NCBI GenBank assembly: GCA_046292385.1 | Contig: JBKBRF010000012.1 | Coordinates: 64,001-128,000, forward strand | Length of the DNA: 64,000 nucleotides | Origin: Armatimonadota bacterium | GTDB lineage: Bacteria > Armatimonadota > SYMT01 | Direction of reading: 5' to 3' | Part shown: one piece after another, positions 18,359 through 27,867 of the stretch | Numbering within the stretch: the first letter of the stretch is position 1 | Layout of the letters: every line of letters begins with the position of its first letter | Made by a program: the position numbers and the translations under genes | Notes under the pieces: model-generated | Databases searched by the model: none | Told to the model about the DNA's origin: nothing | The model's input: the letters and a program-made list of their open reading frames with translations, nothing else

Positions 18359-18440
18359 CAAACAAACTTTGTTCCTGCTGTGGCCGCATGGGCCCCGTTC
18401 CGCGACGCTCTGCGCGTCCGGACGGGGCTTTTGGTGTCTT

Positions 18441-18824
18441 ATGGCTGCCAACCAACCACCTCTGCCTCCGGGAGCCACCCGGATCTTTGCTGTCCGGGAG
18501 CACAACGGACAACCCCGGAACCGCTACGTCGGCTACCGCGTGCCGGGGGATTCGCGCGTCTGGATGTGGTCGCACCAGGACAAGGACCACCATCCGTGCG
18601 AGCGCGCGGACCTGGTCGGCGAAGACCTGATCGAGCCCGATACGTTGCTCGGCGCTGCGATGGACGCCGACGACGCCCAGTCGCGGCGCGAATTCCTCAA
18701 GTGGCTGCGGGCCAACACGCCGAGCCTCTTCACCATTTTCTTGAGTGGCCGCATGGGCCCGGACCAGTCGGAGTCTGCCGATGAGCGCAGAGACCGCGGC
18801 CCGGGCTCACCGCCCGCGGCCTGA
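18441..18824 (+). CDS. Hypothetical protein
   Basis: First ATG after the promoter; GC3 bias. Confidence 0.5.
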   Translation: MAANQPPLPPGATRIFAVREHNGQPRNRYVGYRVPGDSRVWMWSHQDKDHHPCERADLVGEDLIEPDTLLGAAMDADDAQSRREFLKWLRANTPSLFTIFLSGRMGPDQSESADERRDRGPGSPPAA

Positions 18825-19389
18825 GAGCGATCAGCAGCCGGCGCGCTCGCGGAAGGAGTTCCTGGCCGCGCCCGGCCGGAACCACAATCCGCATACCGGG
18901 ATGCCGTTGCGCCCCGGCCAGCGTCTCCCCACCGAGGGCGAGGAGCAGGAGTCGTTTGACGACTGGCTCTACCACCGCCGCTCTGCCCCCTTCCCGGATG
19001 ATGGCCGGTGGGAGATCACCGAGAGGCATGCCTACCGTTGGCTCTCCCACCGCTTTGAGGGGCTCCTCGACAATCCCCGTCGCGCTGCGGGGCTGACCCG
19101 CCAGGGCGTCGACGCCAATGACCTCCTCCTCCTGATTCTGGACCTCCACGCCTACGCCGCGCTGCGCGAGCGAGCCTGGCAGGCGGGCCTGCCGACGCCG
19201 TGCCTCGTGGAATACCTCCGCGCGGACCGGGAGCGGTGGGGCTGGTGGGAGAAGGTGTTCCGGCTGGTGCGCGCGATGAACCGGGACGAGGATCCGGCGG
19301 TGATCGACGCGCTGCGTGAGGATCTTCGCGCGGCCGGCGGAAACCCGGATGCGGATGACGAGGGAGAGGGCAATGAAGGGGGGCTATGA
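18781..19389 (+). CDS. Hypothetical protein
   Basis: Overlaps both neighbours; GC3 bias. Confidence 0.55.
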   Translation: MSAETAARAHRPRPESDQQPARSRKEFLAAPGRNHNPHTGMPLRPGQRLPTEGEEQESFDDWLYHRRSAPFPDDGRWEITERHAYRWLSHRFEGLLDNPRRAAGLTRQGVDANDLLLLILDLHAYAALRERAWQAGLPTPCLVEYLRADRERWGWWEKVFRLVRAMNRDEDPAVIDALREDLRAAGGNPDADDEGEGNEGGL

Positions 19390-19990
19390 CCCCTCGGCGG
19401 CGGCCGCGGCGGCCACCAAGATCAAGTGGTTGAAGCGGGAGGACTGGGACGGGCTGGTAGACGCGGCGGCGGAAGAGCGGCGGGAGGAGCTGCTCGGGAT
19501 CCGGGACCAGGCGATCATCGCCCTCGGGCTCTCCTCCGGGCTTCGCGTCTCGGAGCTGTGCAACCTCAACGTCGAAGACCTCGACCTGAAGGACCGGCGG
19601 CTGACTGTCCGGCGTGGGAAGGGCGGCAAGCCGCGGCCGGGGCGCTTCTCCGAAGACGCGCGCGACCTGATCGAGATCTGGTTGCAGGTGCGGCCGACGC
19701 AGCCGGAAGACACCGCCCGGGAACAGCGCGGACCGCTCTGGATCTCCCGCAAGGGTGGGCGGCTGGCGGCTCGGACGGTCCGGGAGATGATGCAGAAGGC
19801 CGGCGAGAAGGCGGCCCTCGGCCACGTCCACCCGCACATGCTCCGCCACTCCTGCGCGACGGAGCTCCTCCGGAAGACCAACAACCTCCGCCAGGTGCAG
19901 GTGCACTTGGGGCACGCCCGGATCACCACCACCGAGATCTACGCGCACGTGATCAACAACGACCTAGAGAAGGCGGTAGAGGACCTGTAG
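19373..19990 (+). CDS. Tyrosine recombinase, catalytic domain only (about 205 aa)
   Basis: SGLRVSEL, RRGKGGK, HPHMLRHS, LGHARITTTEIY: complete R-K-H-R-H-Y set. Confidence 0.92.
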   Translation: MKGGYDPSAAAAAATKIKWLKREDWDGLVDAAAEERREELLGIRDQAIIALGLSSGLRVSELCNLNVEDLDLKDRRLTVRRGKGGKPRPGRFSEDARDLIEIWLQVRPTQPEDTAREQRGPLWISRKGGRLAARTVREMMQKAGEKAALGHVHPHMLRHSCATELLRKTNNLRQVQVHLGHARITTTEIYAHVINNDLEKAVEDL

Positions 19991-20002
19991 AGAGGGAGAC
20001 CC

Positions 20003-20248
20003 ATGAACTACGAGATCAATTTGGAGGTAACTGTCACCGCGGATGAGATCCGAGGAATGGTCGCGGAGAAGGTCAACAACTCCCGGATGCATCGCCTACC
20101 GTTTACGGTCAAGCCGGAGGACGTGGACGTTCAGCCGGACGGCACAGCCCTCATCCGGTGCCAGCGGCAGGCGGCTGATAACAGGACTTGGTGGGCCGAG
20201 AACAACCAGCTCACCGAGGAAGAGAAGCAGAAGCGAGGGACGCAGTGA
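20003..20248 (+). CDS. Hypothetical protein
   Basis: GAGGGAG RBS. Confidence 0.6.
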   Translation: MNYEINLEVTVTADEIRGMVAEKVNNSRMHRLPFTVKPEDVDVQPDGTALIRCQRQAADNRTWWAENNQLTEEEKQKRGTQ

Positions 20249-20619
20249 GCACGATCCATCGACAGCACCGCAAACAGCGCACCTTCTTCCGGCTTCTGGC
20301 GCGCGAGCAGCGCCGGTGCTTCCAGTCGCTACACGACCGCGGAGAACTGAAGGTGCCCGACGAGCCCGCCCGACCGGATGAGCAGGACGACTGGGCCGAC
20401 GAGGAGGATGACGATCCAGGGCAGCAGGGCTGCCTGCGCTGCGGCGCCCCGAGCTGGTACGTCCGCACAGGCTACTGCTCAGACGAGTGCCTTGGAGCGG
20501 ATGCCGCCGAGATCGAAGATGAGGGGCGCTGCGGTCACTGCGGCCGGCCCGGACCCTACGGAGAGCCTTGCTTCCGACCGCTGGACGGGCAGCTCGAAGA
20601 GTGCGGGCAGTTCATCTGA
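20245..20619 (+). CDS. Cys-rich hypothetical protein
   Basis: CLRC, YCSDEC, CGHC. Confidence 0.5.
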   Translation: MSTIHRQHRKQRTFFRLLAREQRRCFQSLHDRGELKVPDEPARPDEQDDWADEEDDDPGQQGCLRCGAPSWYVRTGYCSDECLGADAAEIEDEGRCGHCGRPGPYGEPCFRPLDGQLEECGQFI

Positions 20620-20627
20620 ATTCCGTA

Positions 20628-20665
20628 GCTGAACCGCCGAATTCCAATGAATTCGGCGGTTCAGC
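20628..20665. terminator. Perfect 17-bp stem hairpin between convergent genes
   Basis: GCTGAACCGCCGAATTC-CAAT-GAATTCGGCGGTTCAGC. Confidence 0.65.
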
Positions 20666-20740
20666 GGTCACGGTTCGCAGGTTCGGCGCCAGGGAGGCTA
20701 TTCCGCAAGTTCAATGTGGGGGGGTTAACGCGAGTGCTCC

Positions 20741-22195
20741 TTACTTCACGATTGTCTGGGAGCTGTTCGGCACGTATCCCCAAACGTCGCGCCGTCCATC
20801 TGGAAGTTCTACGGTGAATCGTAACATCCCGCCCTCCCATTTAAGAACACCAACCTGAGGGGCGACCACTCGAAGACTCTGCGCCTTGTTCCGCGTCAAA
20901 CGTGAGAACAAGGCGCGGAAATCATTGATGGCAACCTGATTCATCAATCGTCGGTTCACTTCCGGAGAAAGGCGGGAGATCTCTAGACGCGCCCAGGTTG
21001 ACCCAGCCACTCGCGCTGCATCCTCCAGAACCATGGCATGAGTTCTAGCATAGCGCGCTGTCATCAATCCCACGTTACGCTCTTCGACTCGGCATATTAG
21101 GTCAAGCGACGGTGGAACGCAGGCTTGCATCTTTCGGTAGAGATCGACCGGGTCTTTGGCGGGACCAGGCCGTTCACGACCAAGAACCCAGTCACCGCTC
21201 CGATCCGGTCGTAGTGTCCAACCGTAGAGCGCACCGATCCCGAGCGCCAGATCATCGGCTCTCATGCTCGGAGCCGGAGAAAGGTATACCCGTCGCTTCG
21301 ACGCATAGTCGGGAGTGCGAACGTCCCGCCCGACCCGGTTCTTCAACACTGCCGCAATCGCATCCACTCGGATCTCTCCCTGGGGGAGTTTCAACTCCGT
21401 GTGAAAAGCCTTCGGCGCCTGCGGAAGATCAGCTAATGCCTCACCTCGGAATGAGACTGGTCTGACGTCCCACGGTGGAGGTGGAGGGGCTTGGAAGTTC
21501 GACTTGGCGTTATCCCGCGGATACGCGATCCAGTAGACCATGGGCTCTCGAAGGGTGGGGTCGACTTCGAGTTCCGCGCCTTTCCAACCAACGAAGAGCT
21601 TCTCCATCCGCTCGCTATAGGTCTCCTGGCTGGAGAAGACCTGCGCGGCATTTACGGTAAGCCAAAGCCGACGTTGCTCATCCGGGAGGGCAGCGAGTGG
21701 TAGCCCCTCGGGTCGCCGCATCGCGGCACGCTGCTCCACTGTCAGGGAGTCCCAGAACCGATTCTGGTTCTCGGGGTAGAGCGGCGACAGGGGATATGGC
21801 GCGAACGGGTGAACCAATCGATGCAGATCTGCTCCTGTCTGTTGTAACTCCTCCAGCTCTAAACTGAGCGTCTCGCGTTCATCCCCATAACGACGATGAA
21901 ACAGGAGAACACGACTACCCTGACGTCCGTAAAGGTCGAAATCGGTGGCCAGTGCGTCGAGTGCGCGCGAGACGGGTACGTCCTCAAGCGCCATTTCCAA
22001 GCGGTGTTCGACCTGCGGGATCTCCGCGATGACACTAAGACCTGTAGCCTGTGCTACGGTGTCCAACACCTCGGCGAGCTTCGCTCCGCGGGAGAGCGTC
22101 ACCTTCGGTTCCATCGAGGCCTTGGGACCGTCTTGGGCGGCGGATGCGGCTACCCCGAGGGTGGCTACGAGCGCAAGAATTAACCTAATCTGCAT
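20741..22195 (-). CDS. Secreted protein with STN-like (secretin/TonB short N-terminal) segments; moron
   Basis: Signal peptide; KVTLSRGAKLAEVLDTVAQATGLSVIAE...DVPVSRALDALA; lower GC, opposite strand. Confidence 0.6.
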   Translation of the reverse strand: MQIRLILALVATLGVAASAAQDGPKASMEPKVTLSRGAKLAEVLDTVAQATGLSVIAEIPQVEHRLEMALEDVPVSRALDALATDFDLYGRQGSRVLLFHRRYGDERETLSLELEELQQTGADLHRLVHPFAPYPLSPLYPENQNRFWDSLTVEQRAAMRRPEGLPLAALPDEQRRLWLTVNAAQVFSSQETYSERMEKLFVGWKGAELEVDPTLREPMVYWIAYPRDNAKSNFQAPPPPPWDVRPVSFRGEALADLPQAPKAFHTELKLPQGEIRVDAIAAVLKNRVGRDVRTPDYASKRRVYLSPAPSMRADDLALGIGALYGWTLRPDRSGDWVLGRERPGPAKDPVDLYRKMQACVPPSLDLICRVEERNVGLMTARYARTHAMVLEDAARVAGSTWARLEISRLSPEVNRRLMNQVAINDFRALFSRLTRNKAQSLRVVAPQVGVLKWEGGMLRFTVELPDGRRDVWGYVPNSSQTIVK

Positions 22196-22211
22196 GTTCA
22201 CCCCTGATGAC

Positions 22212-22237
22212 GCGAGCGACGGTCTCCCGTCGCTCGC
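22212..22237. terminator. 11-bp stem hairpin between the two moron genes
   Basis: GCGAGCGACGG-TCTC-CCGTCGCTCGC. Confidence 0.45.
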
Positions 22238-22257
22238 CGGAGCAGGTAACTTCGGGA

Positions 22258-22902
22258 CTAGTTGCCGATCTGGATCTGTGCCCAGGCCACGGCTGATCCA
22301 TGGAATCCCGTACCCATGGAATCAGCAACGGTGAACACCATGATCGACCCCTTCACCTCCATCGTCATGTTGATAGAAGCAGACTTCTGATCGCTGCGGA
22401 AGTTGGTGTTTGCCGGGCCGGGATCATAGGCCGTCCATGTAGGGAATTGTCCTGTTACCGAGTTGTTGGCGACGGCGCTCACGTTCACGGCTACAGTGCC
22501 CGCTGAAGCCGTTGCCTCCGCCTCACCTCTCGAGAATGAGTTTCCGTTCGCAGCGGTAGATCCGGCGGTTGCCTCCGCTCGGCAATCTCCCTTTAACAGC
22601 ACCGAAAGGGCGGCAGGATTCCCATTCTTGGTGTAAACTCTCTTATAGCTAAACTCCTGGTGAGCGTGCGTAAAGCTGTTCTGGCCGTTACTGCTAGCTG
22701 AGTTCGCACTAGCTTGGGCGTAATAGCTATTACTAGCATCGCTTTTACCGCTACCCTCCGTTGAGTGAGAGATGTGGTCCACATCGGAGTCTAACTCGAG
22801 GTTTCCCACGGTCCAGCTATCTGCGAGTGCGGGAGATGCAGCCATGATCCCGACGCAGATGCAGCCGACCGGGACTGTCCGAGTGCGCCAGTTCCTTCTC
22901 AT
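22258..22902 (-). CDS. Secreted Ser/Asn/Ala-rich protein; moron
   Basis: Signal peptide ending ALA-D, AAGGAG RBS, visibly lower GC. Confidence 0.7.
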   Translation of the reverse strand: MRRNWRTRTVPVGCICVGIMAASPALADSWTVGNLELDSDVDHISHSTEGSGKSDASNSYYAQASANSASSNGQNSFTHAHQEFSYKRVYTKNGNPAALSVLLKGDCRAEATAGSTAANGNSFSRGEAEATASAGTVAVNVSAVANNSVTGQFPTWTAYDPGPANTNFRSDQKSASINMTMEVKGSIMVFTVADSMGTGFHGSAVAWAQIQIGN

Positions 22903-23288
22903 ACGGATTCTCCTTAGCGAGCAGTGTCGGCCGAGCGAGCGACGGAACGCCCACAGGCCAGGTAATTGAGGCGAGATAGAATCGAGGGGATCAGGACAGG
23001 ATAGCTAGGCCCCACGACCCTACCGGATCTAGTTTCTTCCTAAAACGTAAGGACCCTTTGCTTGAGTAGTAGCGGTATTGTTGAGAAAATCGCAAGAAGG
23101 TGTGAGAGCCGCATGAAAGCGGCGGTTGGCGCTCACCCCCCGTGGTAGTGTGAGATTAGAAGAGTGAGATCCGATCTCACCACAATGCGTGAGAGCTGAA
23201 TACACCACGAAGGGGCCGGCGACGGCCCCGCAAAGAAGAGAGGGGGCTCCCGAAAGGGGGTCCCCTCTCGCACTTTCTGGGGGCCGCC

Positions 23289-23540
23289 ATGGACAGAGCC
23301 GAGGAGCCGAGGAAGCCGCTGTCCTGGTGGGACATCTCGATCTCCGGACGGAGGGTTCCGGCTCAGGAGGACGTCACAGTCAATGCCGTCGTTCGCCGCA
23401 GCCGCTTCCGCTTCGGGGCGCGCCTGCCCTGGAAATGGGCGCTCGTTATCGGGCTCCTGATCTTGGGCTCCCATCCGTGGGGCCGATGGGTGCTCGAGCA
23501 GGCGCAGTGGTTGGCCCGACAGATGGGGGTGGCGATCTAA
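23289..23540 (+). CDS. Small membrane protein (holin candidate)
   Basis: One hydrophobic segment; first gene of the late operon. Confidence 0.4.
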   Translation: MDRAEEPRKPLSWWDISISGRRVPAQEDVTVNAVVRRSRFRFGARLPWKWALVIGLLILGSHPWGRWVLEQAQWLARQMGVAI

Positions 23541-23803
23541 TGGGAGTTTTCGGCGTCTTCAAAGGCAAGCTCTGGGACCTCGTCAAGGGAAACGTCTGGG
23601 AGATCCTACGCTCGGTGGTCTCCAAGGCCGCGGCCGAAGAGGTCGCAGACGGCATCCAGGCACACTTCCAGCGCATCGGTCCGGAAGGCCGCGAGCGACT
23701 GGCTGCGAAGCTGGTCAAGATCGCGGACCTGCTCCGGGCCGACAAGAGCGGCAAAGCGGCGGCGCAGGCCTCCGCGACACTGGTTGGCGAGCTGGAGCTA
23801 TGA
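23540..23803 (+). CDS. Hypothetical protein
   Basis: TAATG coupling. Confidence 0.55.
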   Translation: MGVFGVFKGKLWDLVKGNVWEILRSVVSKAAAEEVADGIQAHFQRIGPEGRERLAAKLVKIADLLRADKSGKAAAQASATLVGELEL

Positions 23804-24084
23804 CCTGCGCGCTTGACGCGCGCGACCAGACACCAGATGAAGTCCGGCTTCGGGGAGCGATCCTCGAGCCGGGCTTTTTCAATGTCGGCCGCGGCGTAAC
23901 CCTCGACCTTACGGAGTGCACCCTCAGCCTCCGCGCGGTGGGCGGCCTGGTCCGCCTGGTCCGGGAAGAGCGGCGCGTCCAGATCCGGATGCCCTACACC
24001 TGCCAGCCGCAGCAAGCGATCGAGACGGTCTTCGGACCGCACCACCTCCACTACCTCGGCGGCACTGACTGGGAGCTCTCCTGA
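23800..24084 (+). CDS. Hypothetical protein
   Basis: ATGA coupling. Confidence 0.5.
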   Translation: MTCALDARDQTPDEVRLRGAILEPGFFNVGRGVTLDLTECTLSLRAVGGLVRLVREERRVQIRMPYTCQPQQAIETVFGPHHLHYLGGTDWELS

Positions 24085-24920
24085 TGTTCAAGCTTCGGGA
24101 CCTAGACCTCGACCGGATCTGCGAGCTCAACGAGTTCCTCGTCCCCCAGGACGGCCTGGCCATGGTCGGTATCCGCGGCTGTTTGCCGGCGAAGCCCGGC
24201 GCCTGGGGCCGTGAGGTGGAGCTGGAGGCCGCGAAGGTCGACTACACCCACCCCCGCTGCACCATCATCCTCTGGCAGCCCCGCTTCGGCTCCCTCGCGG
24301 CCTTCCCGGGCAGCACCGTCCCGCACATCAGCGAGATCAAGAAGGCGGCGGCGAACGGCGGCAGAGGCGCCAATTGCCTGATGACGGGCTGCTACAGCTA
24401 TGTCCGCGGGTGGCACCGCTACGGATCCCGGACCGCGCACCAGGCATTTCGGCAGGATGGAGTCCGGCCGCTGCGGCGGACCAGGGATGACCTCACCTAT
24501 TCCCTGGCCGACCCGGTGGAGATCTCGAACCCGGGCGACAACCTCCACGCCGGGTGGTGTGACAGCGTCGATTCCGAATACTACGGCTCGGCCGGCTGCC
24601 AAGTAGTGGTAGGCCGCCCCACCCGTGGCCACTGGCGGACCTTCTACGCCGAGGCGGTGGCGAAGGGCCAGACCGCTTTCACCTATCTGCTGCTGACCTG
24701 CCGGGACATCAAGTTCCCCCAGCCGGTGGTGCGCTTCGGCAGCCGCGGCCCGCGGACGAAGGCGCTGCAAGAGGCGATGATCCGGGGCGGCCGGCTGAAG
24801 GGACCCGCGGACGGCGTTTGCGGGCCCAACACGTTCTTGTCGCTGGTCCAGGCGCAGGGTGACCGGGACACTGGCGTCTTCGGGGTCGACCTCGCGCGAC
24901 AGATCGGAGCCCGCTGGTGA
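24084..24920 (+). CDS. Endolysin candidate: H...SAGC catalytic-like motif plus C-terminal peptidoglycan-binding domain
   Basis: NLHAGW...GSAGCQV; VRFGSRGPRTKALQEAM...ADGVCGPNT. Confidence 0.65.
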   Translation: MFKLRDLDLDRICELNEFLVPQDGLAMVGIRGCLPAKPGAWGREVELEAAKVDYTHPRCTIILWQPRFGSLAAFPGSTVPHISEIKKAAANGGRGANCLMTGCYSYVRGWHRYGSRTAHQAFRQDGVRPLRRTRDDLTYSLADPVEISNPGDNLHAGWCDSVDSEYYGSAGCQVVVGRPTRGHWRTFYAEAVAKGQTAFTYLLLTCRDIKFPQPVVRFGSRGPRTKALQEAMIRGGRLKGPADGVCGPNTFLSLVQAQGDRDTGVFGVDLARQIGARW

Positions 24921-25041
24921 CCTGGCTGGATCACTTTTGGAAGCGGCTGCAGTGGCGGATCCACCGTCGCCGGCCGGGGGCCAAGCCCCACAAGCCCGTG
25001 CGGCCCCTGGAGACGGCGCTGGCCTGGAAGGAGCTGTGCTG

Positions 25042-25263
25042 ATGCGTCTCGGTTGGATTGGAAACGGCATACTCGCCGCACTGGCGATGATCGGCCTGGC
25101 CGCGCGGACTCCGCAGGGATCGGCGCGGCCCGAGCGCTCGCCGTACATCGCCGCCTCTTCCGGGCGTGAGCTGGTCTTCGGCCGGCGTCTCCCGGACCCG
25201 CCGCGGCAGGGCCGACCGTTCCGCCGCTGTCACCGGACCGGGCTCAAGCTCCGCGCGCTGTAG
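25042..25263 (+). CDS. Small protein with a hydrophobic N-terminus
   Basis: AAGGAG RBS. Confidence 0.35.
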   Translation: MRLGWIGNGILAALAMIGLAARTPQGSARPERSPYIAASSGRELVFGRRLPDPPRQGRPFRRCHRTGLKLRAL

Positions 25264-25270
25264 GGCGCGA

Positions 25271-25288
25271 TTATGCCACGTGGCATAA
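25271..25288. repeat. 18-bp palindrome, copy 4 (extends to 24 bp, 25268-25291)
   Basis: Intergenic, 16 bp before the packaging genes. Confidence 0.97.
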
Positions 25289-25304
25289 TCGGCGGAGATC
25301 TCCG

Positions 25305-25940
25305 ATGGAAGACCTGGCGCGGCCCCAGCCGCCCGTGGACCTGCTCGCCGCGGATGAGGAGACGATCCTCTTCGCGCCGGCGCACGAGCTGGCGGAGTGG
25401 GTCGAGGCCACGTTCCTGGACGAGAGCGGCCTACTCCACAACTGGGAGCACGAGCACCTCCAGGATGCCACCGTCGCCTTCCTCTGGACGAACACGCGAA
25501 ACGAGAAGGGTGGCCGGCGCATCGTCGGCACCGCGGAAATCCCCGCGAGCCAGGGGGCCACGCGCTGGGTGAAGGCGAGGCTCGAGTATCAACTCTGGAA
25601 CTGGTTCGGCGAGCTGCCGGACTTCCTCATCACCATCGACGCGAGCTACTGGGCGGCGATCTCCGACGCGGCCGCGTGTGCCCTGATTGAGCACGAGCTC
25701 TACCACTGCTCGTTCAAGGTGGATCGCGACGGCGACCCCCGCACCGATCCGGATGGTGAGCTGATCTGGTCGCTGAAGGCGCACGACGTCGAGGAATTCA
25801 TTGGCGTGGTCCGCCGCTACGGCCCTGGGGCTGCTTCGGGCGGGGTGGCCGCGCTGGTAGAGGCGGCGCAGCACCGGCCGCTTTTCTCCGCGGAGGAGAT
25901 CGCCGAGGCGTGTAGCGGCTGCGGTGTCTGCGCCCGCTGA
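25305..25940 (+). CDS. Phage putative metallopeptidase
   Basis: ALIEHELYH and HDVEEF.GVVRRYG. Confidence 0.85.
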   Translation: MEDLARPQPPVDLLAADEETILFAPAHELAEWVEATFLDESGLLHNWEHEHLQDATVAFLWTNTRNEKGGRRIVGTAEIPASQGATRWVKARLEYQLWNWFGELPDFLITIDASYWAAISDAAACALIEHELYHCSFKVDRDGDPRTDPDGELIWSLKAHDVEEFIGVVRRYGPGAASGGVAALVEAAQHRPLFSAEEIAEACSGCGVCAR

Positions 25941-25958
25941 CTTTGATGGGCTTTGACC

Positions 25959-26513
25959 ATGGCGAATCTCACGCGTAAGCAGAAGGTGGCCGTGGTGGCA
26001 CGCCTGGCGACCTTCGAGATGCCAGCCGATGTACGGACCTGGCTCAAAGAGGAATGCGGCGTGGAGATCAGCCTCCAGGCGGTCTGCTACTACGATCCGA
26101 CGAACGCCCAGGGCGCCCGGGAACTGTCGCAGGACCTCAAGGATCTCTTCTTCGAGACGCGGGCCCGCTACCTGGATGCCGTGGCGGACATCCCAATCGC
26201 AGACCGGCGTTACCGGCTCCTCCGGCTGCAGCAGCTCCTCGACCTCAAGAAGTACCGCGAGAACGCCAAGACGGCGCTTGCGATCCTGGAACAGGCGGCG
26301 AAAGAGGCGGGGGGCGCCTACACGAACCGGCGAGAGCTGACTGGTGCCGGCGGCGGGCCGATCGAGGTAGCCAACGTCGACCTGTCGAGGCTCACGGATG
26401 AAGAACTCACGGAGCTCGAACAGCTCCTCGCTCGCGCGGAGGGTTCCGACTCTGGCGGCGGTGAGGGCGGAGCGGGAGCGCCGGCGGGTTCTGACGTTCA
26501 AGGAGTTCGTTGA
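25959..26513 (+). CDS. terS: Terminase small subunit (DUF2280-like)
   Basis: YDPT, IPIADRRYRL.RL, ILEQAAKE.GG.YTNRRELTG..GGPI; directly before terL. Confidence 0.8.
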   Translation: MANLTRKQKVAVVARLATFEMPADVRTWLKEECGVEISLQAVCYYDPTNAQGARELSQDLKDLFFETRARYLDAVADIPIADRRYRLLRLQQLLDLKKYRENAKTALAILEQAAKEAGGAYTNRRELTGAGGGPIEVANVDLSRLTDEELTELEQLLARAEGSDSGGGEGGAGAPAGSDVQGVR

Positions 26514-27867
26514 CCGCGTCCGGCCGCGCTACCGCTGGTACCGGCACTGCCTGATCCTCGCCGAAGTCCTCCAGCGGGTAGCGGACGGCGAGATCAAGCG
26601 GCTGATGGTCTTCATGCCCCCGCGGCATGGAAAGAGCGAGCTCGTCTCCCGTCTCTTCACGGCCTACTACCTCTACCGCTTTCCGGACCGCTGGGCCGGC
26701 CTCTGCAGCTACGGCGCGGAGCTGGCCTACACTCTCTCCCGCTCCGCGCGCGAGTTCTACACCCGCAGCGGCGGGCCGCTAGCCAGCGACGCCACTGCGG
26801 TCAAGCACTGGGAGACCGGCCGGGGTGGCGGCTTCTGGGCGGCCGGCGTGGGCGGTCCGATCACCGGTAAGGGGTGGCACCTCGGGGTCATCGATGACCC
26901 GATCAAGAACGCGCAGGAGGCGAGCTCCAGCACGATCCGGGAGACCCAGTGGGACTGGTATGGCTCCGCGTTCTACACCCGGGAAGAGCCGAACGAGAAC
27001 GATGAGGCGGACGGTGCGCTGATCGTCGTGCAGACCCGCTGGCACGAGGACGACCTCTCCGGGCGCCTGGTGACCGCGGAGAAGGACGAGGAAGAGGCGG
27101 AGCGCTGGCACATCGTCTCCTTCGAGGCGGTGAAGGATGAGAACCCTGCCACCTTCCCGGCGGCCTGCACGGTGGAGCCGGACTGGCGAGAACCGGGCGA
27201 AGCGCTCTGTCCGGAGCGCCGGCCGCTGGAGAAGCTGAAGCGGATCCGCCGCGCGGTCGGCGAGTACACGTGGAACGCGCTCTACCAGCAGCAGCCGCGG
27301 CCCCGGTCCGGCGGCTTCTTCAAGGTCGGCCTGATCGACGTGGTCGACCGGGTGCCGGCGGACGCCGTCCGGGTCCGCTTCTGGGACAAGGCGGCCACTG
27401 AAGACGATGGCGACTACACGGTCGGCCTGCTGCTGGCGAAGGGCGCCGACGGGATCTACTACGTGGAAGACGTGGTCCGCGGGCGCTGGGGACCGCTGGT
27501 ACGCAACCAGAAGATGCGAGAGACCGCGGAGACAGACGCGGCCCGCTACGGGAAGCAGGTCCGGATCTGGGTCGAGCAGGAGCCGGGCAGCAGCGGCAAG
27601 GACAGCGCGATCGCCAGCGTCCGGCTGCTGGAAGGGTTCCCGTGCCGCTTTGAAAGGCCGACCGGCGACAAGCAGCTCCGCGCCGACCCGTTCGCCGCCG
27701 CGGTCGAGGCCGGCCTGGTGAAGCTCGTCAAAGGGAGCTGGAACCACCAGGCCTACCTGGATGAGCTCGAAGCTTTCCCGCGCGGAACGCATGACGACCA
27801 GGTGGACGCCAGCAGCGGCGCGTTCAACAAGCTCGCTCCGGAGCAGCGGAAGGTAGTTATCGGCTGA
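26398..27867 (+). CDS. terL: Terminase large subunit
   Basis: MPPRHGKS, GVIDDP, QTRWHEDDL, RFWDKA, HDDQVDA; start approximate. Confidence 0.95.
   Translation: MKNSRSSNSSSLARRVPTLAAVRAERERRRVLTFKEFVDRVRPRYRWYRHCLILAEVLQRVADGEIKRLMVFMPPRHGKSELVSRLFTAYYLYRFPDRWAGLCSYGAELAYTLSRSAREFYTRSGGPLASDATAVKHWETGRGGGFWAAGVGGPITGKGWHLGVIDDPIKNAQEASSSTIRETQWDWYGSAFYTREEPNENDEADGALIVVQTRWHEDDLSGRLVTAEKDEEEAERWHIVSFEAVKDENPATFPAACTVEPDWREPGEALCPERRPLEKLKRIRRAVGEYTWNALYQQQPRPRSGGFFKVGLIDVVDRVPADAVRVRFWDKAATEDDGDYTVGLLLAKGADGIYYVEDVVRGRWGPLVRNQKMRETAETDAARYGKQVRIWVEQEPGSSGKDSAIASVRLLEGFPCRFERPTGDKQLRADPFAAAVEAGLVKLVKGSWNHQAYLDELEAFPRGTHDDQVDASSGAFNKLAPEQRKVVIG

Noticed and set aside
23090..23280. Structured ncRNA upstream of the late operon
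   Set aside because: Hairpins are present (e.g. a GAAA-capped stem near 23237-23269), but nothing distinguishes them from ordinary leader or terminator stems
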